This document shows, in pieces, positions 37,265 to 47,870 of a stretch of 64,000 nt of DNA. Position 1 is the first letter of the stretch, and the number at the start of each line of letters is the position of its first letter. Source of the stretch: an uncultured Bifidobacterium sp. (GTDB lineage: Bacteria > Verrucomicrobiota > Verrucomicrobiia > Limisphaerales > JADLHS01); the NCBI GenBank assembly GCA_964561105.1, contig CAZLOH010000023.1, positions 14,025 through 78,024 on the forward strand, written 5' to 3'. Both the position numbers and the translations under genes were made by a program. The notes beneath the pieces were generated by a model. It had not been told where the DNA came from. It saw only the letters and a list, made by a program, of their open reading frames with translations, and did no database searches.

Positions 37265-37546
37265 TTAGGCCAACTCCACCTTGAGCTTGCGGCCCAATGC
37301 GAGTGCGGCGCGCTCCAAAAGCTGAAGCGTCACCGGCGTTTCATCCTCGGCAAACAACTGATCGAGCGTCGAGCGGCTGGTTTTCATGCGGCTGGCGAGT
37401 TTCGCGCGGGAGATGCGTCGGCGTTTCATCTCCTGTTCAATCTGCCAGGTCACAACGCGACGGAGCGCACCCGCTTCACATTCCGCGAGCAAGCCCTCCC
37501 CTTGCAGGAAGTCGTCGAAGTTTGAGCCGATGTGCGCCTTCTTCAT
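37265..37546 (-). CDS. XRE-family helix-turn-helix protein (HigA-antitoxin-like)
   Basis: ...QIEQEMKRRRISRAKLASRMKTSRSTLDQLF... is a typical Cro/C1-type HTH; 93 aa. Confidence 0.65.
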   Translation of the reverse strand: MKKAHIGSNFDDFLQGEGLLAECEAGALRRVVTWQIEQEMKRRRISRAKLASRMKTSRSTLDQLFAEDETPVTLQLLERAALALGRKLKVELA

Positions 37547-37770
37547 GCGGCCATCGGGCGAGAGTGCAGGCGTTCTTTGCCTGTCGCGGGCCGGACCTGG
37601 TTCGCCTCCACAGTCACGACATCGGCGGTGTGCCCGTCGAGCGTGAAGAATTCCACCTCGTAGGCTTTGCCGTCCTCATAGACGTGGACGACCGTGCCCA
37701 CGTCGCCGGCCACAAGCCCGTGCGCCGGGAGCGATGCCGTCAGAACGACTCGATTGTGCTCTTTGATCAT
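37543..37770 (-). CDS. DUF4926 family protein
   Basis: 75 aa, VVLTASLPAHGLVAGDVGTVVHVYEDGKAYEVEF matches the DUF4926 signature as I recall it. It overlaps the XRE gene by 4 bp. Confidence 0.55.
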   Translation of the reverse strand: MIKEHNRVVLTASLPAHGLVAGDVGTVVHVYEDGKAYEVEFFTLDGHTADVVTVEANQVRPATGKERLHSRPMAA

Positions 37771-37784
37771 ACTCGTCTATCTCG

Positions 37785-38117
37785 TTATGCCGGATACGCG
37801 GTGACCAGTCGCGGGTTAGTCCGGCCACGGTCAATGATCCAAACTATCCGCACCAGTGGCGATTTGCCGGACGGCGTTTCCAGCGCAGCGTCGAGAACAT
37901 ACTTCAGTCCGTGCGAAGTTTCCATGAGTTGAACCACTTCGCCGCCCAAGGCCGCTCGGCGAAAAGCTTTGGCCAGCGTTTCCCAGTCGTCCCAGCGGAA
38001 GCCGAACGCTTCAAGGAATTCAGCTTTTCCATTGTTGTCGGGATGTGCGGCGTTGAGCAAGTAGTTCGTGAGTTTTTCCCGTTGAACCAGAGCTTTGTCT
38101 GCGTTTGGGAGTTTCAC
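37785..38117 (-). CDS. DUF6883 family protein
   Basis: 110 aa, KLTNYLLNAAHPDNNGKAEFLEAFGF...GLKYVLDAALETPSGKSPLVRIVWII fits the DUF6883 pattern, which is commonly adjacent to DUF4926 genes. Confidence 0.5.
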   Translation of the reverse strand: MKLPNADKALVQREKLTNYLLNAAHPDNNGKAEFLEAFGFRWDDWETLAKAFRRAALGGEVVQLMETSHGLKYVLDAALETPSGKSPLVRIVWIIDRGRTNPRLVTAYPA

Positions 38118-38130
38118 GCGATTGAAGTTT

Positions 38131-38154
38131 GAGCCTCGTTGCCTCGGCTGCTAC
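38131..38154. repeat. repeat family 2 single arm (GAGCCTCGTTGCCTCGGCTGCTAC) between the trpE stop and the DUF6883 start
   Basis: Shares the CGGCTGCTAC core and preceding GTTTGAGCC with copies at 13801-13834 and 56008-56031. Confidence 0.45.
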
Positions 38155-39719
38155 AGGGTTTTCGCAAACGTCTCCGCCAATGCCACGGCTTTGAGCATGG
38201 CTTTGCTCTTGTTCACCGTTTCCTGGAATTCGGCTTCCGGCTCGGAGTCGTTCACCCAGCCGCCGCCGGCTTGCACGTAGGCCTGGCCGTCCTTGAGCAG
38301 CGCGGTGCGGATGGTGATGCACGTGTCCAGATTGCCGTTGAAACTGAAGTAACCCACGCAACCGGCATACGGCCCGCGGGTCGTGCCTTCGAGTTCGGAG
38401 ATGATCTGCATGGCGCGAATCTTCGGCGCGCCGCTCACCGTGCCCGCCGGAAACGTCGCGCGCATCAGGTCGTAGGGCGTTTTGCCGGCGGACAGTTTCC
38501 CCTCCACGCTCGACACGATGTGCATCACGTGGCTGTAACGCTCGATGATCATCAGGTCCTTTACCTGCACGCTGCCGAAATCGCACACACGCCCGATGTC
38601 GTTGCGCGCGAGGTCCACGAGCATGACGTGTTCGGCGCGTTCCTTCGGGTCGGCGAGCAGTTCCTTTTCCAACGCGGCGTCCTCGTCCGCCGTTTTGCCG
38701 CGACGCCGCGTGCCGGCAATGGGCCGGATCTCCACCTTGTTGTCCTCGCAACGCACGTGAATTTCCGGCGACGCACCGACGAGCGAAAAGCCATCGAGTT
38801 CGAGCAGAAACATGTAGGGCGAGGGATTCACCGAACGCGCGGCGCGGTAAACGTCCACCGGCGAGGCCTTGGTCTCGACGCTGAAGCGTTGCGAGCCGAC
38901 GACCTGGATGATGTCGCCGGCGGTGATGAATTTTTTGGAAGCCTGCACATTCGCCAAGAATGTTTCCTTGGCTACGTTTGAGGCAAATGGGACGGATGGG
39001 ACTTCAGATGGGACTGATACGGGCGTGTGCTCCAAGGGTTGTTCGAGCAACGAAAGCAGGCGTTCGATTTCCTCAACCGCCGTCTCATACGATTCCGTCG
39101 GGCTGGCGGCTTCGTCAATGGCGGCGTTGACGAGCACGGTGATGGTCTGCGCGACGCGATCGAACACGAGCAATTGATCCGCAACGATGAAATACATCGC
39201 GGGCGTGCCCAGTTCGTCGTGCGGCGGGCGCGGGACAACGGGTTCGACGTCGTGGATGAATTCGTAACCGATGAAGCCCACCGCACCGCCCGTGAAACGG
39301 GGCAAGCCGGGCAGCGTGACGGGACAGTATTTCTTCATCACGCGCTCGACGACTTCGAGGCCATCGCGGACGCCCCTCACCCCGTCCCTCTCCCCATCGG
39401 ATGGGGAGAGGGTGTCCGAAGGACGGGTGAGGGGTTTTCCTGCGACTTCAAACTTCTCTACGACTCTTCCGCCTTCGATCACCTCCACCTTGCTGCCGGT
39501 CTGCTTGATGACTGCCCGCGGATTGCAACCCACGAACGAGTAGCGCCCGAGATGTTCGCCGCCTTCCACGGATTCAAAGAGGAAGGATTCGCCCTGGCCG
39601 CGGATTTTGCGATAAGCCGAGAGTGGCGTTTCGATGTCGGCGAGGATGCGGCTGGTGACGGGGATCAGGTTGCCCTGCCCCGCCAGTTTCAGGAATTCAT
39701 CAAGGGACGGCGAAATCAT
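38151..39719 (-). CDS. trpE: anthranilate synthase component I
   Basis: Chorismate-binding C-terminal motifs (...[19 protein letters not shown]...[23 protein letters not shown]...) are present. Confidence 0.9.
   Translation of the reverse strand: MISPSLDEFLKLAGQGNLIPVTSRILADIETPLSAYRKIRGQGESFLFESVEGGEHLGRYSFVGCNPRAVIKQTGSKVEVIEGGRVVEKFEVAGKPLTRPSDTLSPSDGERDGVRGVRDGLEVVERVMKKYCPVTLPGLPRFTGGAVGFIGYEFIHDVEPVVPRPPHDELGTPAMYFIVADQLLVFDRVAQTITVLVNAAIDEAASPTESYETAVEEIERLLSLLEQPLEHTPVSVPSEVPSVPFASNVAKETFLANVQASKKFITAGDIIQVVGSQRFSVETKASPVDVYRAARSVNPSPYMFLLELDGFSLVGASPEIHVRCEDNKVEIRPIAGTRRRGKTADEDAALEKELLADPKERAEHVMLVDLARNDIGRVCDFGSVQVKDLMIIERYSHVMHIVSSVEGKLSAGKTPYDLMRATFPAGTVSGAPKIRAMQIISELEGTTRGPYAGCVGYFSFNGNLDTCITIRTALLKDGQAYVQAGGGWVNDSEPEAEFQETVNKSKAMLKAVALAETFAKTL
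39373..39434. repeat. palindromic repeat family 1 (62 bp) inserted in frame in trpE
   Basis: CCCCTCACCCCGTCCCTCTCCCCATCGGATGGGGAGAGGGTGTCCGAAGGACGGGTGAGGGG is 61/62 identical to the kinase copy. It is translated as ...[24 protein letters not shown]... in the TrpE N-terminal region. Confidence 0.7.
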
Positions 39720-39762
39720 GCGGGCGACATGTTACGGACGCCGTGCCGCTTCACAAACCGAT

Positions 39763-40377
39763 TTAGTAAACCTCGAAAACGCCCGGAGCAACCTGTCGTA
39801 CGGTGGCCGTCCGGGCCAATCTCTCACGGAAAGCTACCTGAGCTTGCGTCTCCACGGGTGTCGAAACGACAAAGAGCGAATAGCTGGGATGCCGTCGGTA
39901 GCCAGGAAACACCCGAAACAGGACCGCGTTCGTGACCAGACCGGGATGGACTTCAATCAGAAACGGCCTGAGCCGGGCGATGGAGGCCGGCAAAACAAGG
40001 TTGGTGGTGTTACCAAAAAGCCGAACGGGTGTTGTCGGCGCATTGGTGGCCGCAAGCATCGCGGCATCAGCGGCCAGTCGTTCCCATCCGCCTCCTTGTT
40101 CGACGCGTTGAAAGACTGCGTTGCGGTGAGTTCGTCGCTCCAACCACGCTGGCGGCCACGATCTCACCACGCTCCAGAAACCATGCCAGCCGAGATAGCC
40201 GAGCAGCAGCGTCAAGATGAAGCCGGAGCGAATCAATGGACGTCGGTTGTCCTCAAGACTTCGATTCGCCACCCTTTCACCCAAGCGCCGCGAAATTCTC
40301 CGGGCGAGCAGGTGGATCAGCCAAACCACCACTCCTATTGTTACCAGTGCGGTGAGGATCAGCTTGATTGAATCCAT
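39763..40377 (-). CDS. hypothetical protein with N-terminal transmembrane helix
   Basis: ORF with N-terminal hydrophobic segment (LILTALVTIGVVVWLIHLL); no recognised domain. Confidence 0.4.
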   Translation of the reverse strand: MDSIKLILTALVTIGVVVWLIHLLARRISRRLGERVANRSLEDNRRPLIRSGFILTLLLGYLGWHGFWSVVRSWPPAWLERRTHRNAVFQRVEQGGGWERLAADAAMLAATNAPTTPVRLFGNTTNLVLPASIARLRPFLIEVHPGLVTNAVLFRVFPGYRRHPSYSLFVVSTPVETQAQVAFRERLARTATVRQVAPGVFEVY

Positions 40378-40410
40378 GGCGTTCCAACCGACGACGACCG
40401 CGCGTCATTT

Positions 40411-40977
40411 TCACTCAAACGGTGGCTGCGGATCAGGCAATTGTCCACCAAGATCGCGCCGCCGCCGCCGGCTTCGCCAGATGGAAAGCAGCGTGAAAAC
40501 GATCACCGCCGTGGCGTAGGCGATGATGCCCATGCCGATGCCGATGGGAATGATCCAGCCACCGCTGAAGATGACCAGCGCGAGGCCGACGATCGCGGTC
40601 AGCAGGGTGTTGCCCGCCAGACAAAACAGGTAGAGGGCAATGCGCGTCTCGGACATCCGTTGCCCGTGCCAATCGCGATACAGGTCCTCGCCCATCGTGC
40701 GCATGAGCCAGGCGGATTGGAAGTTGCGGGCCGCCACCAGCACGCTGGCCGTGCTGACCACGATGGCCGAGAGCGGCCACGCGGCCAGCGACAACACCAG
40801 CACGAGGTTCACCACCGCGCCCCATTTCCAGCCGAGCCATTTCGCGATGGGATTGCCCTCAAGCACCAGATGCGGCGTGGCCACCCAGGTGCTGAGGAAA
40901 TCGGCGCCACGCGACAACGCCAGAACCGCGAGCATGATGAGATACTCGCGGCTGGCAAAAGGAACGGAATCGTCCAT
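40411..40977 (-). CDS. integral membrane protein, function unknown
   Basis: Five or more hydrophobic segments and a C-terminal RSRRRRRD; no catalytic motif. Confidence 0.45.
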   Translation of the reverse strand: MDDSVPFASREYLIMLAVLALSRGADFLSTWVATPHLVLEGNPIAKWLGWKWGAVVNLVLVLSLAAWPLSAIVVSTASVLVAARNFQSAWLMRTMGEDLYRDWHGQRMSETRIALYLFCLAGNTLLTAIVGLALVIFSGGWIIPIGIGMGIIAYATAVIVFTLLSIWRSRRRRRDLGGQLPDPQPPFE

Positions 40978-41180
40978 TGGGAATCCTTAGCCTCAAAGAG
41001 GCACAAAAGGCGCATAAAAGCCTCTGGCCGAAAGCGCGGCACTGTAGGCGACAGCCGTTTTGCCAAAGACATGCGTTTCGAGAATATTTGAAGACATCAT
41101 GGATTCCGGGCAAGCTGTGGATCGCAACCCGCACTGCGTTCTTTGTGCCCCTTGTGCCTTTTTGTGGCCATGTTCGCGGC

Positions 41181-41570
41181 TCACTTCTTTTTGTACATCT
41201 GCTCCGGCGTGAGCAATCGCGGTTCAGTGATCTTGAACATCTTGCCCTTGCCCTCAACGGAGCGGAAGAAACAGGATTGGTAACCCTCGTGACAGGCCGG
41301 CCCGTTTTGTTCGACTTGAATCAACAGACAGTCGCCGTCGCAATCGAATGCGACGTCTTTCACAGTCTGCGTGTTGCCGCTCTCTTCGCCCTTCATCCAG
41401 AATTTTTGGCGCGAGCGGCTCCAGAAGTGCGTTTTGCCCGTCTCAATGGTTCTCTCCAAGGACGCGCGATTCATCCACGCCATCATCAACACGCGCCCGG
41501 TCTTCTGCTCCTGCACGATGGCTGGGATCAGTCCGGCCGCATCCAATTTCAATTTGTCGTAAAAACTCAT
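41181..41570 (-). CDS. hisI: phosphoribosyl-AMP cyclohydrolase
   Basis: [29 protein letters not shown]...[26 protein letters not shown] is the HisI signature. Confidence 0.9.
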   Translation of the reverse strand: MSFYDKLKLDAAGLIPAIVQEQKTGRVLMMAWMNRASLERTIETGKTHFWSRSRQKFWMKGEESGNTQTVKDVAFDCDGDCLLIQVEQNGPACHEGYQSCFFRSVEGKGKMFKITEPRLLTPEQMYKKK

Positions 41571-41650
41571 ACCGGTTTCAACGCAAAGACGCTAAGACGC
41601 AGAGGCGCAAAGAGCGAGGAAATTTGGCGGTGGGCCGGTTCCCACTTCCG

Positions 41651-41701
41651 GTGGGGTGAGCGTCCTCGCGAGCTGGCTCGTCAGCAGCCTCGCCCCACCA
41701 A
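41651..41701. repeat. palindromic repeat family 3 copy (reverse orientation) between hisI and the DMT gene
   Basis: Reverse complement TTGGTGGGGCGAGGCTGCTGACGAGCCAGCTCGCGAGGACGCTCACCCCAC aligns with 34277-34326. Confidence 0.6.
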
Positions 41702-41730
41702 ATTGGCCCTCTGGTCAGCCTCTCCGCGAT

Positions 41731-42087
41731 TCAATCTTTCGGTAAAAACGTGAAGGCCACCGCCGCGAGGATGCACACGAACGCCGCCAGATGATTCCAA
41801 CGGATGCGCTCGCCCAGATAAAACATGGCGAAACCGCAGAATACCGTCAGCGTGATCACTTCCTGGAGGATCTTGAGTTGCGTCGCCGAATAAACCGAGC
41901 TGCCCCAGCGATTGGCCGGCACCTGGAAAATGTATTCAAAGAACGCGATGCCCCAACTGGCGAAGAGGACCACGAGCAATGGTTTGCTCTTGTATTTCAA
42001 ATGGCCGTACCACGCGAAAGTCATGAAGATGTTCGAGCAGGTCAGCAGCACGATGGGCAGCCAGCGGGATTGGGTGAGGTCATTCAT
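41731..42087 (-). CDS. DMT-superfamily small membrane protein (DUF486-like)
   Basis: 118 aa with four transmembrane segments, similar to short EamA-like half-transporters. Confidence 0.55.
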   Translation of the reverse strand: MNDLTQSRWLPIVLLTCSNIFMTFAWYGHLKYKSKPLLVVLFASWGIAFFEYIFQVPANRWGSSVYSATQLKILQEVITLTVFCGFAMFYLGERIRWNHLAAFVCILAAVAFTFLPKD

Positions 42088-42857
42088 AGACGAACAGGAA
42101 TCTTCTGCTCCGCCAAAAACTGCTTCACATCACCCACCGTGTATTCGCCGAAATGGAAAATGCTCGCGGCGAGGACGGCATCGGCCTTGCCTGCGAGCAA
42201 CACCTCGGCCAGGTGCTCGAGTTTGCCGGCGCCACCGCTGGCCACCACGGGCACGCCCACCGATTCGCTGACGTGGCGCGTGATCACGAGATCGAAGCCG
42301 GCCTTGGTACCGTCGGCATCAATTGAGTTCAACACGATTTCGCCCGCGCCGAGGGACACGGCCCGTTTGGCCCAGTCCACCGCATCGAAGCCGGTGGATT
42401 TGCGGCCGCCGTGCGAAAAAACTTCCCATTTGTCCGGCGCGACCCGCTTGGCGTCAATCGAAACGACAATACATTGGCTGCCGAATTTTTCCGCGCCTTC
42501 GCGAATGAGTTCGGGCCGGGCCAGTGCGCTGGAGTTGATGCTGATCTTGTCCGCGCCCGCGCGCAGCATCGTGTACATGTCGTCCACCGATTTAATGCCG
42601 CCGCCCACGGTGAGCGGCATGAAGCACTGGTCCGCCGCGCGCTCAATCACCTCCACCATCGTGCCGCGTCCGTGCGCGGTGGCGGTAATGTCGAAGAAGA
42701 CCATTTCATCCGCGCCCTGTTCGTTGTAACGCAGCGCCAGCTCCACGGGATCACCGACATTGCGCAGGCCGCCCTGCTCGGCGACACCGAACTGGACGCC
42801 GCGGGTGACCTGTCCGTCGTGAACGTCGAGGCACGGAATGACTCGTTTGGCCATCAT
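42084..42857 (-). CDS. hisF: imidazole glycerol phosphate synthase cyclase subunit
   Basis: [19 protein letters not shown]...[10 protein letters not shown]...[12 protein letters not shown] is the HisF TIM-barrel signature. The longer upstream-extended ORF was rejected. Confidence 0.9.
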   Translation of the reverse strand: MMAKRVIPCLDVHDGQVTRGVQFGVAEQGGLRNVGDPVELALRYNEQGADEMVFFDITATAHGRGTMVEVIERAADQCFMPLTVGGGIKSVDDMYTMLRAGADKISINSSALARPELIREGAEKFGSQCIVVSIDAKRVAPDKWEVFSHGGRKSTGFDAVDWAKRAVSLGAGEIVLNSIDADGTKAGFDLVITRHVSESVGVPVVASGGAGKLEHLAEVLLAGKADAVLAASIFHFGEYTVGDVKQFLAEQKIPVRL

Positions 42858-43266
42858 GGCGGGATATTGAAACGGCACGCGGCGGTCGAAGCAACCTATT
42901 TGCAGTCGAGGCGGGCGCCGGAGCTGTCTCACTTGAAACTCCCGGCATCGTTCTCGCTGACGCGAGGAAGCGGAGAGCACTGTCACACACACAAAAGTCC
43001 ACCTCGTGACCTCGGCGGCTACCAGCGGCAGGATCATGGCGGGTTTCAGTTTCCAAGCTTGGATGCGTGTCTGAACAATGCACCGGGATTGGAGCACCAA
43101 TCTCCAACCCGACGCGCGGCGGTTGGCGGGCAAGCTCGTGCCGGATCGGAGATCGGCGCTCCCGGTTGAGGTTTTGCGAATCGGGCACGCGCGCCCGATT
43201 CACCTGACACCTGGGAGAATCGTGGGGCTTGGAAAGTGAGCAAGGCTCCGGCATAGTTCGCGGCCA

Positions 43267-44151
43267 ATGCAATTGATTCGTGACATCTACGCAACGAAAC
43301 GCGCGGCGGGCCAGCCCGTGATCTCGTTTGAATTTTTCCCGCCCAAGACCGACGAGGGCGACAAGGCGTTGCTGGAAAAACACATTCCGGCGCTCCTACA
43401 GTCGAAGCCGGACTTTTGCTCCGTGACCTACGGTGCGGGTGGGAGCACGCGCGAGAAAACGCTGATGATTGTGGACCGCATCCAGCGTGAGCACCACCTG
43501 ACCGCACTCGCGCACCTCACCTGCGTCAATCACACGCGCGAGCAAGTGGGCGAGTTGTTGCAAAAGATCAAGGCCGTCGGCTGCCGGAATATTCTGGCCT
43601 TGCGCGGCGATCCGCCGGGCGGCGCGGAGTTTCAAGTCACGCCGGGCGGCTTCGAGTATTCGTCGCAGTTGGTGCAATTCATTCGCACGCAGGGCGGGCT
43701 GGGGATTGGCGTGGCTGGGTTTCCGGAAGGCCACATCGCCTGCAAGCAAGGCAAGCACGCGGACTGGCAGCATTTGCAGGAGAAGATTGCGGCCGGCGCG
43801 GACTTCGTGATCACGCAACTGTTCTTCGACAACGCGGACTACTTCGAGTTCCGCGATCACCTGACCCGGCGCGGGGTGAACGTGCCCTTGGTGCCGGGCG
43901 TGCTCGCCATTTTAAGCGCGACCGCCGTCAAGCGATTCACGCAACTTTGCGGAGCGAAAATTCCTCCGCTCCTGGCGGCGAAACTGGAGGCGCTGGGCAC
44001 TGATGACGCCGCCGCCGCGGAGTTCGGCGTCGAATACGCCACACGACAATGCGAGGAACTGCTGAAGGCCGGGGTGCCGGGATTGCATTTCTACACACTG
44101 AACAAAGCCGCCTCGACGGTGCGGGTACTGAAAAATCTCGGACTGGCCTGA
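43267..44151 (+). CDS. metF: methylenetetrahydrofolate reductase
   Basis: ISFEFFPPKTDEG...CSVTYGAGGSTRE...NILALRGDPP is the MetF signature. Confidence 0.9.
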   Translation: MQLIRDIYATKRAAGQPVISFEFFPPKTDEGDKALLEKHIPALLQSKPDFCSVTYGAGGSTREKTLMIVDRIQREHHLTALAHLTCVNHTREQVGELLQKIKAVGCRNILALRGDPPGGAEFQVTPGGFEYSSQLVQFIRTQGGLGIGVAGFPEGHIACKQGKHADWQHLQEKIAAGADFVITQLFFDNADYFEFRDHLTRRGVNVPLVPGVLAILSATAVKRFTQLCGAKIPPLLAAKLEALGTDDAAAAEFGVEYATRQCEELLKAGVPGLHFYTLNKAASTVRVLKNLGLA

Positions 44152-44175
44152 CCGCAACCCGGCCGCAAAGCCGGC

Positions 44176-47100
44176 TTACTCATCCCCGTTGGTGGCGTTA
44201 CCCCGCCGTCCCCAGCGCTGTTGTTTCTCGGGCAAGCTGGAATCCACCTTCACGTAGTAAGTGCCTTCGCCAAAGAGTTCGTTGGCGGCCCGCTCCAATT
44301 CCAGTGAGGGATTAACGGAATACCGCTCGTGAACTTCCACGAAAACCACCTCGCCGCCGGGCTGAACAAAGCACAGGAACAGCGCACACCGGCCCGGGTG
44401 CGCGGCCACCAGGTCCCGGATTTTCTCGATGCTTTCCGGCTTCAAATGGGCCGTGTGCAGCCGTAAATGAACCTGCTTGGTAAATTTTCGTGGCGCCTCT
44501 TCGAGCGGGAAAATGTCCTGCGGGAAAATCTTCGGCTGGTCCTCGCTGATACTCACTTCGCCGATGACCATGAGCGCCTTGTTCAGTTCGAGCAATGGCC
44601 GGAACTTGTCGTAGTTCTCGTTCATCACCAGGATTGAAACCGAGCCTTCGAGGTCTTCCAGCGTCACCATTGAATAGGGTTTGCCGGATTTTTTTGAGAT
44701 GCTGTGTTGCGCGGCGGCGACCAATCCGCCGATGCGCGTCAGGCTGCGATTCGGCAAATCGGCGAGCTTGGACGTGGTGGCAAGAGAATACTTTTCCAGG
44801 ATGGAGGCGAAGGGCGTGAGCGGGTGGCCGGTGACGTAGAAGCCGAGCAGTTCCTTTTCGTGGGCGAGCAATTCGTGTTGCGGCCATTCCGGCAGGGAAG
44901 AAATCGCCTCGGGCATCACGGCGGTGGCCTCTTCGGCGAGCACGTCAAAGAGCGAGCTTTGACCTTTTTGCCGGTCGGAAACAATGCTGGCCGCCCGCGC
45001 CAGGGTGCGTTCAATCTGGGCGAACAGCGTCGCGCGGTTCTGGCCGAACCCATCGCATGCGCCCGCCTTGATGAGGGCCTCCAGCGTCTTGCGCGTCACC
45101 GCGCGACCATCCACGCGTTCGCACAGATCCGCCAACGAAGTGAATTTCCCGCCTTCGTCGCGGGCCTTGAGCATTACTTGGACAGCGGCCTCGCCCACGC
45201 CCTTGATCGCCGCCAGACCAAAGCGGATGACCCTGCCTTCCCGGGCCGGCGCGAAAAACAATTGGCTCTCGTTCACATCCGGCGCGAGCACCTCCACCCC
45301 CATCGTCCGCGCCTCGGCAACAAACAACGCGAGCTTTGCGGTGTCGCTCATGTCATTGGTCATCATCGCGCAGAGGAACTCGACCGGAAAATTCGCCTTC
45401 AGATACGCGGTCTGATACGCGACGATGGCGTAGGCGGCCGCGTGGGATTTGTTGAAACCGTAGCCGGCAAACTTCTCCAGCAAATCGAAGATCTGATTCG
45501 CCTTCGCCTTCGGGATCCTGTTTTTCTCCAGGCAGCCTTTGACGAAGATGTCGCGATGCTTCTGCATCTCCTCGACCTTCTTCTTGCCCATGGCGCGGCG
45601 CAGCAAGTCCGCGCCGCCGAGCGTGTAACCGCCAAGGATCTGCGCGGCCTGCATCACCTGTTCCTGGTAGATCAGGATGCCGTACGTTTCCCGGGCCACG
45701 GGTTCGAGCAGCGGATGTTCATATTCCACCTTCACCTCGCCGTGTCGCCGCTTGATGAATTCCGGAATCAAATCCATCGGGCCGGGGCGATACAATGCCA
45801 CGAGCGCGGTGATGTGCTCCACGCTGGCGATTTGAAACTTCCGGCACAGGTCGCGCATCCCGCCGGATTCCAACTGGAAAATGCCCAGCGTGTTCGCCTT
45901 GTTCAGCAGGTCGTAGGTCTTCGCATCGTCGAGCGGCAAGCGGTCCACATCCACGATGATGCCCTTGGTCTGCTTCACCATCTCGCAGGTGTTGCGGATG
46001 ACGGTGAGCGTCTTCAACCCGAGAAAGTCCATCTTCAACAGGCCGAGTTCACCCACCGGATTCATCGCGTATTGCGTGACGATCGCGCCGTTGTCGTCAG
46101 CCTTGAGCGGCAATAGATTCACCAGTGGCTGATCGCCGATGACCACGCCTGCCGCGTGAACACTCGCGTTGCGCGTGAGGTCTTCCAGGATCAGCGCGGT
46201 GTCAATCAACTCGCGGGTCGTCTCCTCGCTCTCGTAGGCCTGCTTGAGTTCCGGCGATTGCTTGAGCGCCTTCTCCAGCGTCATCTTGAGATCCGCCGGA
46301 ATCATCTTTGCCAGCCGGTCACATTCGCCGTAGCTCAAACCCATCACGCGGCCGACATCGCGCACGACTGATTTCGCGCCCATCGTGCCGAAGGTGATGA
46401 TCTGCGCGACTGAATCGTTGCCGTATTTCCGGCGCACGTATTCAATCACGTCCGCCCGGCGATCGTCGGCAAAATCAATGTCAATGTCCGGCGGATTGAC
46501 GCGCTCGGGGTTCAAAAACCGCTCGAAGAGCAGCCCGTAGCGGATCGGATCCACGTTCGCAATTTCCAGCAGATAAGTGACCAGCGATCCGGCCGCACTG
46601 CCGCGCGCCACACACGCGATGCCTTTGCTGCGGCCGTAACGGATGAAATCACCGACGATGAGGAAGTAGCTGATGAACCCGGTTTTCTCGATGACCGCAA
46701 GCTCGAGCTGCAGGCGATCAAGGACGGCCTTGATGGCCTCCGCCTCGTTGGGATGCTTGGGATCGAACGTGGGCAACCGGCCCGGGTCGTCCACCTTTTC
46801 CACGATAAATTCCTTGCCTTCCGCCCGGGCGTGAATGGTGTAGCGCGTGAACAGCCCCTCGGCGAGCCATTGCCGAAGGAAACCCTCGCGGGTGAAATGT
46901 TCCGGCGGATGAAACACCGGATAGTGCAGCGTCTTGAAATCAAACTCCACGTTGCACTGCTCCGCCACTTCCAGCGTATTGGTCACCGCCTCGGGGATTT
47001 CCGCGAAGCGCGCCTTCATTTCTTCCGCCGAACGCAGATAGAACTGCTCCGGCACGTAGCCCGCGCTCATGCGCTTGGGGTCGCTCAACAGCGTTTGCGT

Positions 47101-47787
47101 GCCGATGCACACCAGGCAGTCGTGCGCGTGCGAATGGCTCTTCTCGATGTAATGCACGTCGTTCGTCGCCACACATTTCAGCCCAAACTCCTTGGCCCAC
47201 CGGATAAGATGCTGGTTGACCTTGGCCTGTTCCGGCACGCCGTGGTTCTGGAGTTCGAGATAAAAATTCTCCGCGCCGAGTGTCTGCTTGAACCAGTCCG
47301 TGACCTCGCGCGCCTGTGCCAAATGATCCTTCGCAATCGCCTGTGGAATCTCGCTGGCGAGACAGCCGGACAGGGCGATCAGCCCTTCCTTGTGCGCGGT
47401 GAGGATTTCCTTGTCAATGCGCGGCTTGTAATAATAGCCCTCGAGATGCGCGGCGGTCGTCAGCCGGACGAGATTCTTGTAGCCGGCCTCATCCTTCGCC
47501 AGCAGCACGAGGTGGTTGTAAACATCCTTGCCGCCGGTGGAGGATTTCTTTTCGAGCCGGCTGCCCGGCGCCACGTACACCTCGCAGCCGATGATGGGTT
47601 TGATGCCTTTCTCGCGGGCCTCCTTGTAGAAATCCACCACGCCGTGCATTGCGCCATGATCCGTGATCGCCAGGGCGGGAAACTTCAGCTCGTGCGCCTT
47701 CGCGGTCAGCCGGTCCAAACGACAAGCGCCATCGAGCAGGGAATACTCGGTGTGCAGATGTAAGTGGACAAAGTCAACATGCGACAT
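44176..47787 (-). CDS. dnaE: DNA polymerase III alpha subunit
   Basis: PHP domain N-terminus (FVHLHLHTEYSLLDGA), polymerase core, and OB-fold C-terminus; ~1200 aa. Confidence 0.95.
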   Translation of the reverse strand: MSHVDFVHLHLHTEYSLLDGACRLDRLTAKAHELKFPALAITDHGAMHGVVDFYKEAREKGIKPIIGCEVYVAPGSRLEKKSSTGGKDVYNHLVLLAKDEAGYKNLVRLTTAAHLEGYYYKPRIDKEILTAHKEGLIALSGCLASEIPQAIAKDHLAQAREVTDWFKQTLGAENFYLELQNHGVPEQAKVNQHLIRWAKEFGLKCVATNDVHYIEKSHSHAHDCLVCIGTQTLLSDPKRMSAGYVPEQFYLRSAEEMKARFAEIPEAVTNTLEVAEQCNVEFDFKTLHYPVFHPPEHFTREGFLRQWLAEGLFTRYTIHARAEGKEFIVEKVDDPGRLPTFDPKHPNEAEAIKAVLDRLQLELAVIEKTGFISYFLIVGDFIRYGRSKGIACVARGSAAGSLVTYLLEIANVDPIRYGLLFERFLNPERVNPPDIDIDFADDRRADVIEYVRRKYGNDSVAQIITFGTMGAKSVVRDVGRVMGLSYGECDRLAKMIPADLKMTLEKALKQSPELKQAYESEETTRELIDTALILEDLTRNASVHAAGVVIGDQPLVNLLPLKADDNGAIVTQYAMNPVGELGLLKMDFLGLKTLTVIRNTCEMVKQTKGIIVDVDRLPLDDAKTYDLLNKANTLGIFQLESGGMRDLCRKFQIASVEHITALVALYRPGPMDLIPEFIKRRHGEVKVEYEHPLLEPVARETYGILIYQEQVMQAAQILGGYTLGGADLLRRAMGKKKVEEMQKHRDIFVKGCLEKNRIPKAKANQIFDLLEKFAGYGFNKSHAAAYAIVAYQTAYLKANFPVEFLCAMMTNDMSDTAKLALFVAEARTMGVEVLAPDVNESQLFFAPAREGRVIRFGLAAIKGVGEAAVQVMLKARDEGGKFTSLADLCERVDGRAVTRKTLEALIKAGACDGFGQNRATLFAQIERTLARAASIVSDRQKGQSSLFDVLAEEATAVMPEAISSLPEWPQHELLAHEKELLGFYVTGHPLTPFASILEKYSLATTSKLADLPNRSLTRIGGLVAAAQHSISKKSGKPYSMVTLEDLEGSVSILVMNENYDKFRPLLELNKALMVIGEVSISEDQPKIFPQDIFPLEEAPRKFTKQVHLRLHTAHLKPESIEKIRDLVAAHPGRCALFLCFVQPGGEVVFVEVHERYSVNPSLELERAANELFGEGTYYVKVDSSLPEKQQRWGRRGNATNGDE

Positions 47788-47870
47788 GGCGGACAATTTA
47801 CCCCGCAGCACGAAGCCCGCGCAAGGAAGGGATGTTCACCAGCCCAAACAATCCGTGAATCACGACCGTC

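Noticed and set aside
44152-44175. Bidirectional rho-independent terminator between convergent metF and dnaE
   Set aside because: Only a 5-bp stem (CCGGC/GCCGG) with no flanking U-tract on either strand; too weak to call.
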